From positions 108,066,001 through 108,130,000 of the forward strand of contig NC_043005.1 of NCBI RefSeq assembly GCF_006345805.1: a stretch of DNA of 64,000 nt, given 5' to 3'. Below the pieces are notes generated by a model that did no database searches, was not told the origin of the DNA, and worked only from the letters and a program-made list of their open reading frames with translations. Shown here piece after piece: positions 27,620 through 41,653 of this stretch (its first letter is position 1; each line of letters opens with the position of its first letter). The DNA is from Octopus sinensis. Its lineage: Eukaryota. The position numbers were made by a program, and so were the translations under genes.

Positions 27620-29290
27620 GTGTCCTTGTTTTGACATTATGCAAGAGTTGTTAATGCATATCACCTTCAAGGTGTGTCATTCATTTCCAATCTTCCACAA
27701 AAACATGTCTGGCAATGGGGAAACACTGCCTTATGTGGAAACAGGTACAGTTTGGTGACAGATGAAGCATCCAGCCGTAGAATATCTGCTTTGATGAACT
27801 GTACTGGCCACATGCAAACTTGGAAAAGTGAATGCTAAAACGACGGTGATGACGATGAAGATGATGATGATGATGTTGCCAATGACGTATATATTAACCT
27901 TAAGAATAAATATTGAGCAGTTATGATGAAAATATTTCTTTCATGTGAAGGGATAAGCTGAGAACTCAGTGGAAGGGAAATAAAATTAATTTTTGTATAA
28001 TTATATAACGATATACGAATACATGGTGTAGAATGCATTCATATTTATTCAACTGATGCTTTCTTCTGTTGCTTCAAGCTGCACTGTTTGTTTACCCTGT
28101 TGCGCAGCGATCTACAATGATTATTAGCCATTATAGACCCATTAGATTGAAGACTTGTGGAACTTGAAAATGGCAGAAGAATCCAATGGAAACATAAACT
28201 ATTATATAAGCATGCACAAACACTCTCTCTCTCTCATACACACGCACACACACACACACACACGTACACACACACGCACACAGAAGCATAATCCAATTAT
28301 CTTTACTTAGACACATTATCCAGCTTCAAGATGGCATTGTTCTAAGCTTTAATACATTTGTTCCCATTTTCATCCTTGAGGTTTTAAGGAAAACAAAATA
28401 ACGTTCAAAAACAGAAATATTATTATTTCTAAGTCTCTAAAGAAGACTACGGCAGCGGTGCTGGATATTAACAGTTATCACCAAGCTAATATGGCAGTCC
28501 ATAAATATAGGACGAAAGCTGCCGTTGATTAGCTCCAAGAGGCCATCGCCTCTAGCTAGCTATAAGACACACGAACCTGTGTCCATTATAACCTTCGAAC
28601 AGGAGAGGTCAGCCACTTCCCCTTGCTGATCAGGCATCTGCAGACATGTTTCAGGCTATTTGCTGTTCTAATCACAATTTAAATGCTTGTAATCCAGTTG
28701 TAATGCTTCCCTAATATTCTAATTCTTTTAGTATTTGGGGCATAAGGACTACAGTAAAACCAAAATATTTAATCCTGCTTTTCGTTTTGTTTCCTTTAAG
28801 CTAAATCACCTTAATGAAGGCAGATGAGGAAGTGGAGGACATGGAAAAGAACCTCCTCTTACAGCTGACGTATTAACCCTTTAGCATTTAAATTGGCTAT
28901 ATTTGACCCCAAAACTCTACCTGCTTTATGCTCCAGCTAGACTGATCTCACCTCTCACACCAAAAATTTGATTCCAAATTTTGGCACAATACCAGCAAGT
29001 TCAAGAAAAGGGCTAAGTAAATTGACCCCAGTGCTCAACTGGTACTCGTTTTATCCACCTCAAAAGGTTGAAAGTGAAAGTTAACCCTTGCTGAAGTTTA
29101 AACTCATAACATAAAGATAGATGAAATGCCACGAAGCATCTTGCTCAAGCCTGTCTATGATTCTGCCAGAAGCTTCAAGATATAGCATGATTAATTCAAA
29201 ACAATGTGAATAAAACCGTTCTATATTTAAGAGATGAGGAATTATGTACATTATTTACATTGATGGATATTTGTCCTCATCTTGTTTGTT

Positions 29291-29337
29291 GTTAACATGT
29301 TTCGGCTGATATACCCTCCAGCCTTCATCGGGTGTCT
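29291..29337 (-). ncRNA. Hammerhead ribozyme motif (degenerate copy)
   Basis: GACAC CCGAUGA A GGCUG-GAGGGUAUAU-CAGCC GAAAC AUGUU: 5-bp stem II and a core with U4C; stem I/cleavage region looks damaged. Confidence 0.65.
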
Positions 29338-29397
29338 TGGGGAAATTTTGAACCTGGGTTCTCATTCCTAAGGTATTTTCCGATGTTATTGTTATTA

Positions 29398-29456
<59 letters not shown>

Positions 29457-29457
<1 letters not shown>

Positions 29458-29690
29458 GCTGGACATTGTTGTAGAGCTGAAAACGAGGCAATTTCTACTC
29501 TTCTCCTTTGGAAGCCATCTGATCGCAATACCAGAGGGCGCACACTCCTACCCTGATGTAATCTCCAGGGTTACAGGCATCCAACAACAGGACCTCCGTA
29601 ATGCTATGATGGACCGTGAAGTCTGGCGTAGCATGGTAAATTCCATTGTCTCGACCATGGTCAAACAATGATTATTATTATTATTATTAT
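29457..29690 (+). mobile_element. 5'-truncated RTE/RTE-X-type LINE 3' end inserted in an (ATT)n tract
   Basis: AGHCCR..LLLWKP..RGR..YPDVISRVTG..DLRNAMMDREVWR is typical of the RTE-clade ORF C-terminus; stop at 29669-29671, then (ATT)n; one frameshift. Confidence 0.85.
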
Positions 29691-30959
29691 TTAAGTCACT
29701 GCTTGGAATCGAACTCGGAATTATGGGGTTAGTCGCCTGTGCTCTTAGCCACTATGCCATATGCCCACGGGCATATGGCGTAGTGATTAAGCGGGCCCCA
29801 GTGTCAAACTCTCACCTTCATCAAAGGCCAATGACATAACATTGGCCATTGAAAAGGTGATTACACTGGCAGTGCTCCACCATGGCCATGGCCTGGACTG
29901 AAACATATAATAGAATAAAAGAATATGCAGGGTTACAGCTGACCCTTCTGCCCAAATATTTACATGTCCAGTCTATGATTGAATCTGTACATCGAGTATT
30001 GGGATGTACTGATATTGAAAGCTATACAAATGAAGAAGATGGTCATCAATGGATTATATATCTTACCGCCTGAAAGGCCCTCATGCCGGTGGCACGTAGA
30101 AGCATCCACTACACTCTCGGAGTGGTTGGCGTAGGAAGGGTATCCAGCTGTAAAAACTCTGCCAGATCAGATTGGAGTTTGGTGCAGCCATCTGGTTCGC
30201 CAGTCCTCAGTCAAATCGTCCAAACCATGCTAGCATGGAAAGCGGTCGTTAAACGATGATGATGATGATGATGATGATGATAAGGAAGCAAGATTTTCGA
30301 ACATAAGAAAGTTCTAAAGAGTACAAAGTAAAAGAAATGATACACCATCATCCTCATCATCGTCATCATCAGCATCATCATCACCACTACCACCATCATG
30401 ACTGCTACTATCGTTTTTCTCAGAGACGGAGTTGATGGCATCCTCAACGATAAGAATTTTAGAAACAATAGAAAAACAACAACAACAACAAAAATATACA
30501 CTAATGCACTACATTACTCACAATAACAATAACAAAAACAACAACAACAGCAATAACGATTATTAGTAAAGCATTTGACATTTGATATGTTTGGGGTTTA
30601 TTTGGTAATTTAACTAAATAACAACTGCAGTAAGAACGACAGCAACAATATCAACAACAAACAACATTGGCAGAAATAACAACAACAACTGTGAAACAAG
30701 GTCAACATCAACTTCAGGAACAACAAGAATATTGACAATCACAAGGAAATTTCACAAAAACACCAGCATAATCATCACCAATGGCAACTGTAATTGCAGC
30801 CGTAACAACAACAACAACAACGTAATCACCAACAGCAGAGGAAAAAAATTACAAGAGAAACATCAATCGTAAATTTGTTGTGAATAATGATTTACCAAAA
30901 AATAGTCAAGGTTTTATTTTTCAGATGTTTTTTTAATGGGAGTTGGGATGGATGTGGTT

Positions 30960-31700
30960 TAAAGGGGATAGGGATGATGGTGGTGGTGGTCATGGCAACA
31001 ACAATATTGATGATGAAGATGATGATGATGATATAATGACGACGATGATGATGATGAGGACAACAACATCAACGATGATGATGATGATGAGCTCAACAAG
31101 AACAACAACGATGATGATGATGATGATGATGACTATGACGACGATGATGATGATAATGATGCTGATAATGATGATGATAATGATAAGGATGATGGTGATG
31201 ATGAAGATGATGACAACGGCGACGATGATGATGATGATGATGGTGATAACAATGATGATGAGTATGACGATAATAATGATAATGATGCTGACAATGATGA
31301 TGATGATGATGATGGTGATGATGACGATGATAATGATATGAACGACGATGATAGTGATGATGATAATGACGCCAATGATGGCGATGATGATGATGATAAT
31401 GAAGATGACCACAATGACGATGATGCTGTGGATGATGATGATGATAGCAATGACGGTGATAATACAGATAATGGTGATGATGATGATGATAATAATAACG
31501 ATAGTGATGTAGACAATGATGATGACAGTGACGATGACGATGATGATGATAGCGGTGTGGTAACGATGGTGGTAGTGTAGTGGCAGTGGTGCTGATGATG
31601 ACCACGATAGCTACAACAATGATGATGATAATGAAGAGGAGGATGTTCATGATAGTGGTGGTGGTGGTTGCGGTGGTGATGCAGTAGCAGTGCTGGAAGG
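30960..31700. repeat. Degenerate (GAT)n-rich low-complexity tract
   Basis: gat/gac/aat trinucleotide repeats. Confidence 0.9.
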
Positions 31701-32291
31701 GGTGTTCCTTGAAGTATAAGTTGTGTTTGTTCATTGTGTGGTGGAACTGATTAAGGGAGTGTCGTATTAGCTTAGGAACAAAAATAATATATTTGATTGT
31801 TAATTTCCTGCAAATTTAAAACATGACAAAATTATCTCCAAAAATTGAATAAATAATTGCAAATAAATAAAAATTAAATAAACAATTTAAAATAAATAAA
31901 TATATAATAAGATAATAAATTTAAATAAATTGCAATGAAAGCATTTATAAATAAATATATAATATGTAGAATAAAACAAATTTATTTTTATCTGTCTTTT
32001 CCCTAGTTTTATTCATTGAATTATCGACATGCTGGGGCATAACTTTTAAAGCTCTTTAGTAGAATATGTCAAGCCTAGTAATGTTTTGGTGTACCATATC
32101 CTTTTATTCTTTTAAGTGTTTCAGTTATTTGACTGTGGCCATGCTGGAGCAGTGCTTTTAGTCAAACAAGCCGACCCCAGGACTTCTTCTTTGTAAGCCT
32201 AGTACTTATTCTATCGGTTTCTTTTGCAGGACTGCTAAGTTACAGGGACGTGAACACATCAACATCAGTTGTCAAGTGAAGGTAAGAGAGG

Positions 32292-32345
<54 letters not shown>

Positions 32346-32667
32346 CATTCTCGAAAGACGCCTGTTGTTATGTCGTGTTATTATTTTTTTTGTATTTGTG
32401 TAACATAGTCTGTTTTTTCCTGTCCTTGTTTTTGTATACATTCACTTCTTTCTTCCAAGGAATCTAATGCTCTTAGATTAGTTTTTCCTTGGGGCTGGCC
32501 AGATTGGAGCAATCTCGAGTATAATCAGCTGAAATTGGGAAGATAATCTGGTACTCAACTACGGAAAGAAAACTTCGAATGACCCGTCCTTGGTTTCTTT
32601 GTATCATCTATCTGGATGCTTTGTTGTCTCATTTTGTCTGGGTGATTTGCATTCTTGTCCCATTTTG

Positions 32668-32706
<39 letters not shown>

Positions 32707-32973
32707 CATACATACACACACACATATATATATATATCCCTCTCTCTCTTTTGGAGAGGCACTGAACAGCTATACACACACATACACACACGGCAGTAAC
32801 TTCCACCTACCGAATTCAATCCCAAAGCTTCGGTCGACTCGGGGCTATAAGCAGAAGACACCTACCCAAAGTGCCATGTGGTAGAACTGAACCCGAAACC
32901 ATGTAGCAAGAAAGCAAGCTCCCTAACCACACAGCCATGCCCACGGCTATATGTGTATCTATATATATATTGT

Positions 32974-33024
<51 letters not shown>

Positions 33025-33042
33025 ATGTATATGTATATATAT

Positions 33043-33104
<62 letters not shown>

Positions 33105-34105
33105 GTATACATATATACGATGGGCTTCTTTCAGTTTCTGTCTACTAAATCCACTCACAAAGTTTTGGTTGGCCCAAGGTGGTGGTGGTGGTGGTGATGA
33201 TGATGATGATTCACTTGACTGTGATGTGAACTTCTTAACCACTTTGTCATGTATGCACCCCCATCATCATCATCATCAGCATTTTAACGTCCACTCTTCC
33301 ATGCTTGACCCATGCACTCTAAATTAGCAAAAAAACACAGATTAACAAATAATTACACAAAATAAACATGGTTGTTAAATTAAATCAAATAATAATAAAA
33401 ATAAAATGACCAAAGAAAATACATAAGAAAATAATAGAAATAAATAAAAATAATTACACACACACACATTATAATCATTATGCTGAATAATTAAAATGAA
33501 TAAATACACATATAAACGAATGATTGAAATATAACAAACTTGTCACAACAAAGTATAATTTTTGAAGAAAATGTAGAAACAGCGGAAACTCTAGCAACAA
33601 CAACAACAACATCAACTGCAACAATAACAATAACCACAGCAAGAATAAAGTTGAAATGATGATGCATCAACATTGCAGCACCATGGAATAAAGGCACTAA
33701 TTACCAGCATCAAGAAAATTTACATGTGTGTGTATGTATGAGCGTGTGTCTGTATTTGTATAGGCGTGTGGTTGTGTATGTATATGTGAGTGGTTGTTTG
33801 TTTGTTTGTTTGTGTGTGTGTTTTAGTGTTGAGATCATTTGGGCAAATGGTAGTATTTGTTTACGTTGCCCATAAACTATTTGTCCAGAAATTTTGGTGT
33901 AGTTTGATGTGTTTAGAGCTGAATAATAAAGCACCTTTACAGCAACAAGCTGTTGAATAATGTTAGAAGAAGCCTTCTTCAGTCCAAACCAGTGGGGCAA
34001 AAAGGCAAACATAAAACAGATGATGATGATAATGATGATAATGATGACAAGACAAAATAGGAGGAAGAAAAGGAGGAAAATTATGATGTTTACAAGCGTC
34101 GATTT

Positions 34106-34375
34106 ACTGGGGCCTGTGCCGGTGGCATGTGTAAAAAGATTCGAGCAAGGTTGTTGCCAGTACCGCCTGACTGGCCCTGTGCCGGTGGCATATAAAAAGC
34201 ACCCACTACACTCTCAGAGTGGTTGGCATTAGGAAGGGCATCCAGCTGTAGAAACTCTGCCAGATCAAGATTGGAGTCTGGTGCAGCCATCTGGTTCGCC
34301 AGCCCTCAGTCAAAATCGTCCAACCCATGCTAGCATGGAAGGCGGACGTTAAACGATGATGATGATGATGATGAT
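34106..34375 (+). mobile_element. Family D element
   Basis: Internal gtgccggtggca repeats, ggttggcattaggaagggcatccagc, and the end ggacgttaaac(gat)n. Confidence 0.85.
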
Positions 34376-34591
34376 GTTGATCATCATCAGCATCATAGTC
34401 CTGATAACTAACTGAAGATACCTCCACCTACTATCTCCCTGTCTCCCAACCTTCACCAGTCTATCATTATTATCAATCTGCTGGTCTTCAGCCTTTCTAT
34501 ACTTCCAGTAATTACTTCCTCCTCCCTGAATCATTTTCGCTGACATCAATCCCTTATTCTTAGCACCTTTCCTTCAAACTTTATATTTACC

Positions 34592-34823
34592 CATTTCTTT
34601 ACTACCCACAAGGGGCTAAACACAGAGAGGACGAGCAAGGACAGACAAACGGATTAAATCGATTACATCGACCCCAGTGCGTAACTGGTACTTAATTTAT
34701 CGACCCCGAAAGGATGAAAGGCGAGGTTGATCTCGGCGGAATTTGAACTCACAACGTAACGGCAGACGAAATACGGCTACGCATTTCGCCTGGCGTGCTA
34801 ACGTTTCTGCCAGCTCGCCACCT
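34592..34823 (-). mobile_element. Full-length SINE family B with 19-bp TSD
   Basis: TSD ttcaaactttatatttacc at 34573-34591 and 34824-34842. Confidence 0.95.
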
Positions 34824-35999
34824 TTCAAACTTTATATTTACCATTATATTTACCTCTCCATCCTTGATCCCTAGTTATTACAGTCATTCCCTAACTCCCT
34901 TTTTAACCTCTTTCACTCTTCTCCCACACTCTTGCAAATTTCCATCCCACCACACTTGCTGATTGTTTGTCCCCTCACTGTATTCTGTTTATATTTTGTA
35001 CCTTGGGGGCACATCCTGAGAGCTCAGTGCTATCATCTACATTTCTTTTTCTGGTTCAGCTTTAATTATACCCACATTTAAATAATATGAGGTTGCTATT
35101 GCCTTACTGGCACTTGTGCCAGTGTGCAGGTGACATGTAAAAAAAAAACACAATCTTCCATGACCGATCAGATCAGATTGGAGTCTGGTGCAGCCATCTG
35201 GTTCGCCAGTCCTCAGTCAAATCGTCCAACCCATGCTAGCATGGAAAGTGGACATTAAACAACGGCGAAAACAATGATGATGATGATGATGATAACTCCC
35301 CTAAGCAAGAAACTTGTTTCTGTCTCTTATATCATACTTTGATTGACCTCGCAACATCTAACATAAGTCGCTACCTTCCCTAATTCATCCCCATTCTGTG
35401 AAGATGACTCTTTAATCGAGCAAGGTAGATGGCGACCTCACTAGTGCTGATGCAATGATAAAAAGCAACCAGCGTACTCTGTGGAATGGTTGGCGTTAGG
35501 AGGATGCTAAATCATAGAATCTTTGCTATGGAAGAGATAGGTGTAAAATGTTGTCTTGGATTCATTAAATATCATTGAATCATATTGAAAGAGGTGACCA
35601 AAATGGTTTGTGTGAAGATGGGGCATCAGGCCGTAAAACGCAGCCTTGTAAAAGTATCATACCAGTGAAGGAAAGTGAAGAGAAAAGACAAGGCTAATGA
35701 GGATAGATGGTGATGTTGACAAAGCTAAAGTATGTATATATGTATAAATAAATCTATGTGTGTGTATATAATTATGTATATGTATATATATATTAGTATA
35801 TCTATGTACATACATAGTCTTTCACTTGTTTCAGTTATTTGACTGTGGCCATGCTGGAGCACCACCTTTAGTCGAACAAATTGACCCCAGGACTTATTCT
35901 TTGTAAACCTAGTACTTATTCTATCGGTCTGTTTTGCGGAACCGCCAAGTTACATGTATATATAATATATATGTATGTAAGTATGTATGTATGAATATG

Positions 36000-36040
<41 letters not shown>

Positions 36041-36087
36041 TATATATTATAGATATATATGTATATGTATATGTATATGTATGTATA

Positions 36088-36158
<71 letters not shown>

Positions 36159-36287
36159 GTATAATATATATATATATATATTATATATATATATATGGTG
36201 TGTGTGTGTGTGTGTATGTTGTGTGTATATCGTCCAACCCATTCTAGCATGGAAGGCGGATGTTAAATGATGATGATGAAGATACAT

Positions 36288-36328
<41 letters not shown>

Positions 36329-38210
36329 ATGTATGTATGTATGCATGTACACATAAAAAAGGAAATGATGGGAAGTGAGGGAGAAAGAGATGTGTCTATA
36401 AGCCTGAATTGTGCACATGGGCGTGCACATATGTGCGTGTGCATTTATTGAAATGATTGTGTTAACATAAATAAATCATCAGAAGTAGATATGAAGAAAA
36501 TAAAATGGAAAACTACAAACTAATAACAACACAACAATACCAAATAAAACAACAAATTAGCAACAAAAAAAAAATACAATGAACAAACAAATAAAGAAGT
36601 AATCATTTCCAACAACGAAATTGGATCAAATGAAAATACTTCCCAAATTTAAGAAAAGCGGAATCATCATAAAAGAAATTTCCTTTCGTTCAACAATCGG
36701 GTGAAAATAATTAGCTTACAGAAATAACATGTTATCGTTTGTAAAACATTTTTCTTAATTACATTTATTGCATCTTGTGTAATGCAAAGAGATTTTTTGA
36801 GAGAAAAAAGGGAAAATTTTGAGTTGAATCAAAAGAAAAGCAAAAAGAAAAAAAAAATAAAGAAAGGAATATTATGGTTTTATTTATGTAGGGATATATA
36901 AATATAAGCTTATGAAATACTGCATACATACGTGTATATCTACATATATATATATATAATGCATGTACATATGCATATATATATAGAGAGAGAGAGAAGA
37001 GAGAGTAAGAGAGAGGGGGAGAGAAAAGAGAGAGAAAAAGTGAAAGAGATGAGAGAGGAAGATATTTATACACACACACACATATATACATATATATACA
37101 ATATATATATATGCATGTATGCACACATATACATATATATGAGTGTGTGAGCATATATATATACACATACACACATATTTTTCGTATGTGCATATATATG
37201 TATATATATCACATGAATGTTTATATCTATATGTATGTATTTATATATGTGTATGTGTCTGTGATGTTTATGTATATGTACTCATATACATTAACATACA
37301 CACACACACGTATGTGTGTATATATATATATATAGCATTTATACATTCATATATATAGCGTTTATACATTCATACACATACAAACACACACACATATATA
37401 TATATATATATGTATATATATATGTATATATATATGTATGTATGTACTAGTATATGTTCATACACATATAAATCAAATCTGTGTGCCTCTGTGCATGTGT
37501 GTGAATATGTGTGTGAACATTAAATAAGAACTTTGTCCATGAATACAAATATTTTTTGGCTTATTTATGGCTATTGATCTGGGTTTTTTTTATCTTTCCT
37601 AATTTATTTTTTTCTCTGCTAAAAGTTTGGAGAAATCAGAATTAAAAATTCTTATGAGGCCATCCCTCTGCTTTCACATTACTGCCAACTCTACTGATTG
37701 GTTAATTTTGATTCTGTTGCTTAAAAATAAAAATCTTCTGCCCACCTATTTCTTCAGAATTAACCACTGCTATTGGACAGTTAAAATTTTGAAAAGAAAT
37801 AGGTTGGTCTTAGACTTTGGTATCACTGCCAGACTATGATGATGCTGCATCTATTCTTAAAACATTGCCGCTGACGATGTTGTTATTGTTGCGTTTGGTG
37901 CTGTATTTGTGGTTGTTGTTGCTCTGGTTGATGTTATTGTAGCTGTTGTTGTTGTTTTTGTTGTTGTTGTCGTTGTTGTTGTTACTGTTTAACTTGTACA
38001 TTGTAGTAGGCAGTGAACCAGCCAAGTTGTTGATATTTCAGACACAATGCCTTACAGTAGTATCTCTGAGCTATGAGTTCAAATCCTGCCATGCTCAAAT
38101 TTACCTTTTATGTTTTGTAGTGTTCTTGAATAAAGTGCCAATCTTTGGAAGAGAAAGAAAGGAATATAGAAGGAATTTATTTTTGTATATTATTTCTATA
38201 GAAGTAATAT

Positions 38211-38544
38211 AGGGTAAAGACCTGCTTTGGCCATGAATGTCCATGGGTTTGCACCTAGAAGGTTCCCTTCAAAGGCACAAGTCTGGGCAAGGTTGCTTAT
38301 GGAAGACCAGCAGTCACCCATGCATACCAACCTCCCATCTCTATGACACCAATGTTGTTCAAAGGAAAGGCAAAGGGGCTGATGCAGCTTGGCACCTGTG
38401 ACATCACAACTCATTTCTACAGCTGAGTGAACTGCAGCAATGTGAAATAAAGTGTCTTCCTCAAGAACACAAAACACAGCCAGGTCTGGGAATCGAACTC
38501 ACAACCTCATGATTGTGAGCCCAATGCTCTAACCACTGAGCCAT
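38211..38544 (-). mobile_element. tRNA-derived SINE family E
   Basis: TGGCTCAGTGG A box, GAGTTCGATTCC B box and CORE-like tcttgaggaagacacttt; second copy at 50805-51103 (+), decayed copy at ~60310-60485 (-). Confidence 0.88.
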
Positions 38545-39437
38545 TAGAAAATTGAAAACTTACCCTTCTCACCAAGAAGTGAACAAAATGTGAAGAGGCA
38601 CCCCTAATTCTCTAATGATAAATCTGTCTAAAAACTTGATGAAATGAAGTTCAAAGCCCTTTGAATAACCACCTAGATGCATATAAAGTGTGTGAGATCT
38701 TGTTAGGTACAATTCCTGGCCTGATAGAGTTTCCATCGGAAAAGATGAGTCACTGAGAAGGAATTCTAAGTGTGTATACTTTGCATTACAAGTCAACAAG
38801 CCACAATATTTGGCTCTTCGGTGAACCGTTCCCTTCTTATGAAAGGCCCTTATTTACTCACTGAAATTTCTGGAACTTACCAAGTTTGAATGGTGCATGA
38901 ATGAAGTGAAATTCTGCAATATGAAATGTGCAATGCCCTTGGTCAATGTTGGACATTCATTTTGATATATGTTGATTTAATTGTCATGTATTCTCTGTCA
39001 AATTTTCTTATTATTCTCTTTAATCATCTGTATGCCTAAGCAGTTAATTTTAACCTTCTTCCCAAATATCTTGCATAACATTCTTCATCTTTCTCTTTTA
39101 TTTGTACAATATTTTCTTGGATGTGAACTTTTTAAGTACTTCTTTATTTTTTAAAAACTGTTTTATCTTTGTGTGTGTGGATGAATTTGTTAATGTTCTT
39201 AGTATCTGTTATATATAACATAAGCCCCCCCCCCCCACACACACACACCCACATAAGTTGTGGCTGTGTAGTAAGAGGCTTGCTTCCCAACCACATGGTT
39301 TCAGGTTCAGTCCCACTGTGTGGCACCTTCGGCAAATGTCTTCTACTATAGCCTCAGACCCCAAAGCCTTGTGTGTGGATTTGATAGACAGAAACTGAAA
39401 GAAGCTTGTCATTTCTGTTGTGTATATATATATATGT

Positions 39438-39743
39438 GGAGGCGCAATGGCCCAGTGGTTAGGGCAGCGAACTCGCGGTCGTAGGATCGCGGTTTCAATT
39501 CCCAGACCGGGCCTTGTGAGTGTTTATTGAGCGAAAACACTAAAGCTCCACGAGGCTCCGACAGGGGTGAGTGGCAATCCCTGCTGTACTCTTTTGCCGC
39601 AACTTTCTCTCACTCTTTCTTCTGTTGGCCTGCTCGCTTAGCTAGCGGGGTGGTGTCATTCGAAGGCTAAAACAATGCGAACGCATTGTGACCAGTGATG
39701 TGTAGCAACATCTGATGGTCTGGTCAGTCACGTGATCACGTGA
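39438..39743 (+). mobile_element. tRNA-derived SINE family C (tail type 2)
   Basis: GGAGGCGCAATGGCCCAGTGGTTAGGG head; the tail matches an isolated fragment at 5533-5630 (-). Confidence 0.88.
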
Positions 39744-40249
39744 TATATATATATATATATATATAGTTAATCCAAACATGAAAACACAACAACGTGAGGA
39801 CGTGGAACAAATATAGTATTAATATGTATGTATATAATGTCTGGGGAACATTGTCTGGAAGGTGCACATAATGGAAAGAAACGATTAAGTACAGGTGTGA
39901 CGTCTTTACACACAAGTAGCAGGAGCATGCTGCTTTGAAATGATTCCTCCACAAGAGGGATCCAAATGCAGAAACCGCAGAAACTCATCAAGAACTGAGA
40001 TGCAATGAGTGCAGGTATTTTTCTCTTCTCAAGTACTGTATTTGTAAACCATCTAAAGACACATTAGCCAGGGAAAAGTTGAACTGAATGTCAGATAGCC
40101 CTACTACCATGTCACCAAGGTAGATTTATACTGAAGAGAAAAATAAATGTCAGATCTGTGACCAATGTCAGATCTGTGAACAATGCCATCACCACTTATA
40201 CTGGTCACGGATATCCCCACCACTACCAAAACCACCAACACCATCAAGT

Positions 40250-40855
40250 GGAGGTGCAATGGCCCAGTGGTTAGGGCAGCGGACTCGCAGTCAGAGGATC
40301 GCAGCTTCGATTCCCAGACCGGGCGTTGTGTGTGTTTATTGAGCGAAAACACCTAAAACTCAACGAGGCTCTAGCAGTGGGTGATGGCGGCGAGCTGGCA
40401 GAAATGTTAGCACGCCGGGTGAAATGCGTAGTGGTATTTCGTCTGCCACTGCGTTCTGAGTTCAAATTCCGCCGAGGTCGACTTTGCCTTTCATCCTTTT
40501 GGTGTCGATTAAATTAAGTACCAGTTCCGCACTGGGGTCGACATAATCGACTTAATACCTATGTTTGTCCTTGTTTGTCCTTTCTGTGTTTAGCCCCTTG
40601 TGGGTAGTAAAGAAATAGGTGGCAACCCCTGTTGTACTCTTTCACTCCAACTTTTTCTCACTCTTTCTTCCTGTTTCTTGTCCCCAACTTCCTACGCAAC
40701 CACTGTGCCTGGATGCGCATTCATCCATCCGTCGATACTCTTGGTGTCGGGGGTTGACCTGCTTTTTCTTCTGCGGGTCTTACGAATAGCAAAGGACCAC
40801 GTATTGGACTTATCCCACTACGGACGAAGACCGCTTCACTCAACAAACAAACGAA
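40250..40855 (+). mobile_element. SINE family C (tail type 3) with nested full SINE B (40386-40617)
   Basis: Family C head and body are split by a ggcggcgagctggcagaa...gtaaagaaata insert; distinct tail ending in (aaac)n. Confidence 0.88.
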
Positions 40856-41583
40856 GAAACCAGCACCATCATGTCACCCACCTGTAACAAGCAACACCCA
40901 AGCATAAATAGCAATGCCACCACAACCTTCCAATAATAACGACAACAACAACAACAACAAACATCATCAGTACACATATCCTGCCTCTCCATATTAACCA
41001 GGTATTCTTTCTTTGCGAACTTAACAACAATTACCTATAACAAAAGCAATAGAGGGCGCTGTAAAATCCAATCAGAAATGAAGAATTCAGTGAAAGGGTG
41101 AAAGCGAAATGGGTGGAGTGAGAAAGGCAGAGACAGAAAGAGAGAGGGGGTGGGAGAGAGAGAGAGAGAGAGAGGGAAGGAGTGTGTAAGAAGTGGAGAA
41201 ATGAAGAAAAATGGCAGCAATCGCTTTGATGTAGTAAAAAGAAATTATGTACATAAAAATTCTAGTTGGCATGGTAACAATAATATATGTATATGTATGT
41301 ATGTATGTATGCACCTGTATTCATTGTATGTATGTGGTTATATTACATGGGTGTAAATATCTACAGAAACATATACATACATATGTATATATATATATAT
41401 ATGTATGTATATAAACAAATATTCATATATATATGTATATATATGAGTGTATATATATATATATATACACATATATATATATATTGGTAAAAACGGTAAG
41501 ATAACAAAAGAAAGAAAGAGGCCTCAATATTATGTAAAAAGAGGAAATTTATCTGAAAATTAATATGTTACCATTATTCAATA

Positions 41584-41653
41584 GCCAAGATAAAACTCTG
41601 AGTTTCGGATGCCGAGGTGGAAATCCACAACACTATCTCTTCGGTTATCTGGC
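41584..41653 (-). ncRNA. Type I hammerhead ribozyme motif
   Basis: GCCAGAUAA CCGAAGA GAU..AUC C GAAAC UCAGA GUU UUAUCUUGGC: long stem I, near-palindromic stem III ACUC-A-GAGU, GUU triplet. Confidence 0.72.

Larger units (their letters stand above)
29215..29791 (-). mobile_element. tRNA-headed SINE-like element: Pol III head, (AAT)n, hammerhead-like tail, inverted 5' duplication
   Basis: A box TGGCATAGTGG and B box GAGTTCGATTCC at 29697-29766; inverted copy at 29769-29791; tail contains CCGATGA-A-GGCTG..CAGCC-GAAAC. Confidence 0.75.

Noticed and set aside
29697-29766. tRNA gene (also the heads at 1561, 38470 and 39438)
   Set aside because: A and B boxes are present but there is no proper acceptor stem or cloverleaf; the heads continue into repeat bodies.
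38559-38880. Possible minus-strand exon near GTAAG donor-like sites
   Set aside because: The open frame is bounded by stops before the donor, has no recognisable protein similarity and lacks a convincing acceptor.
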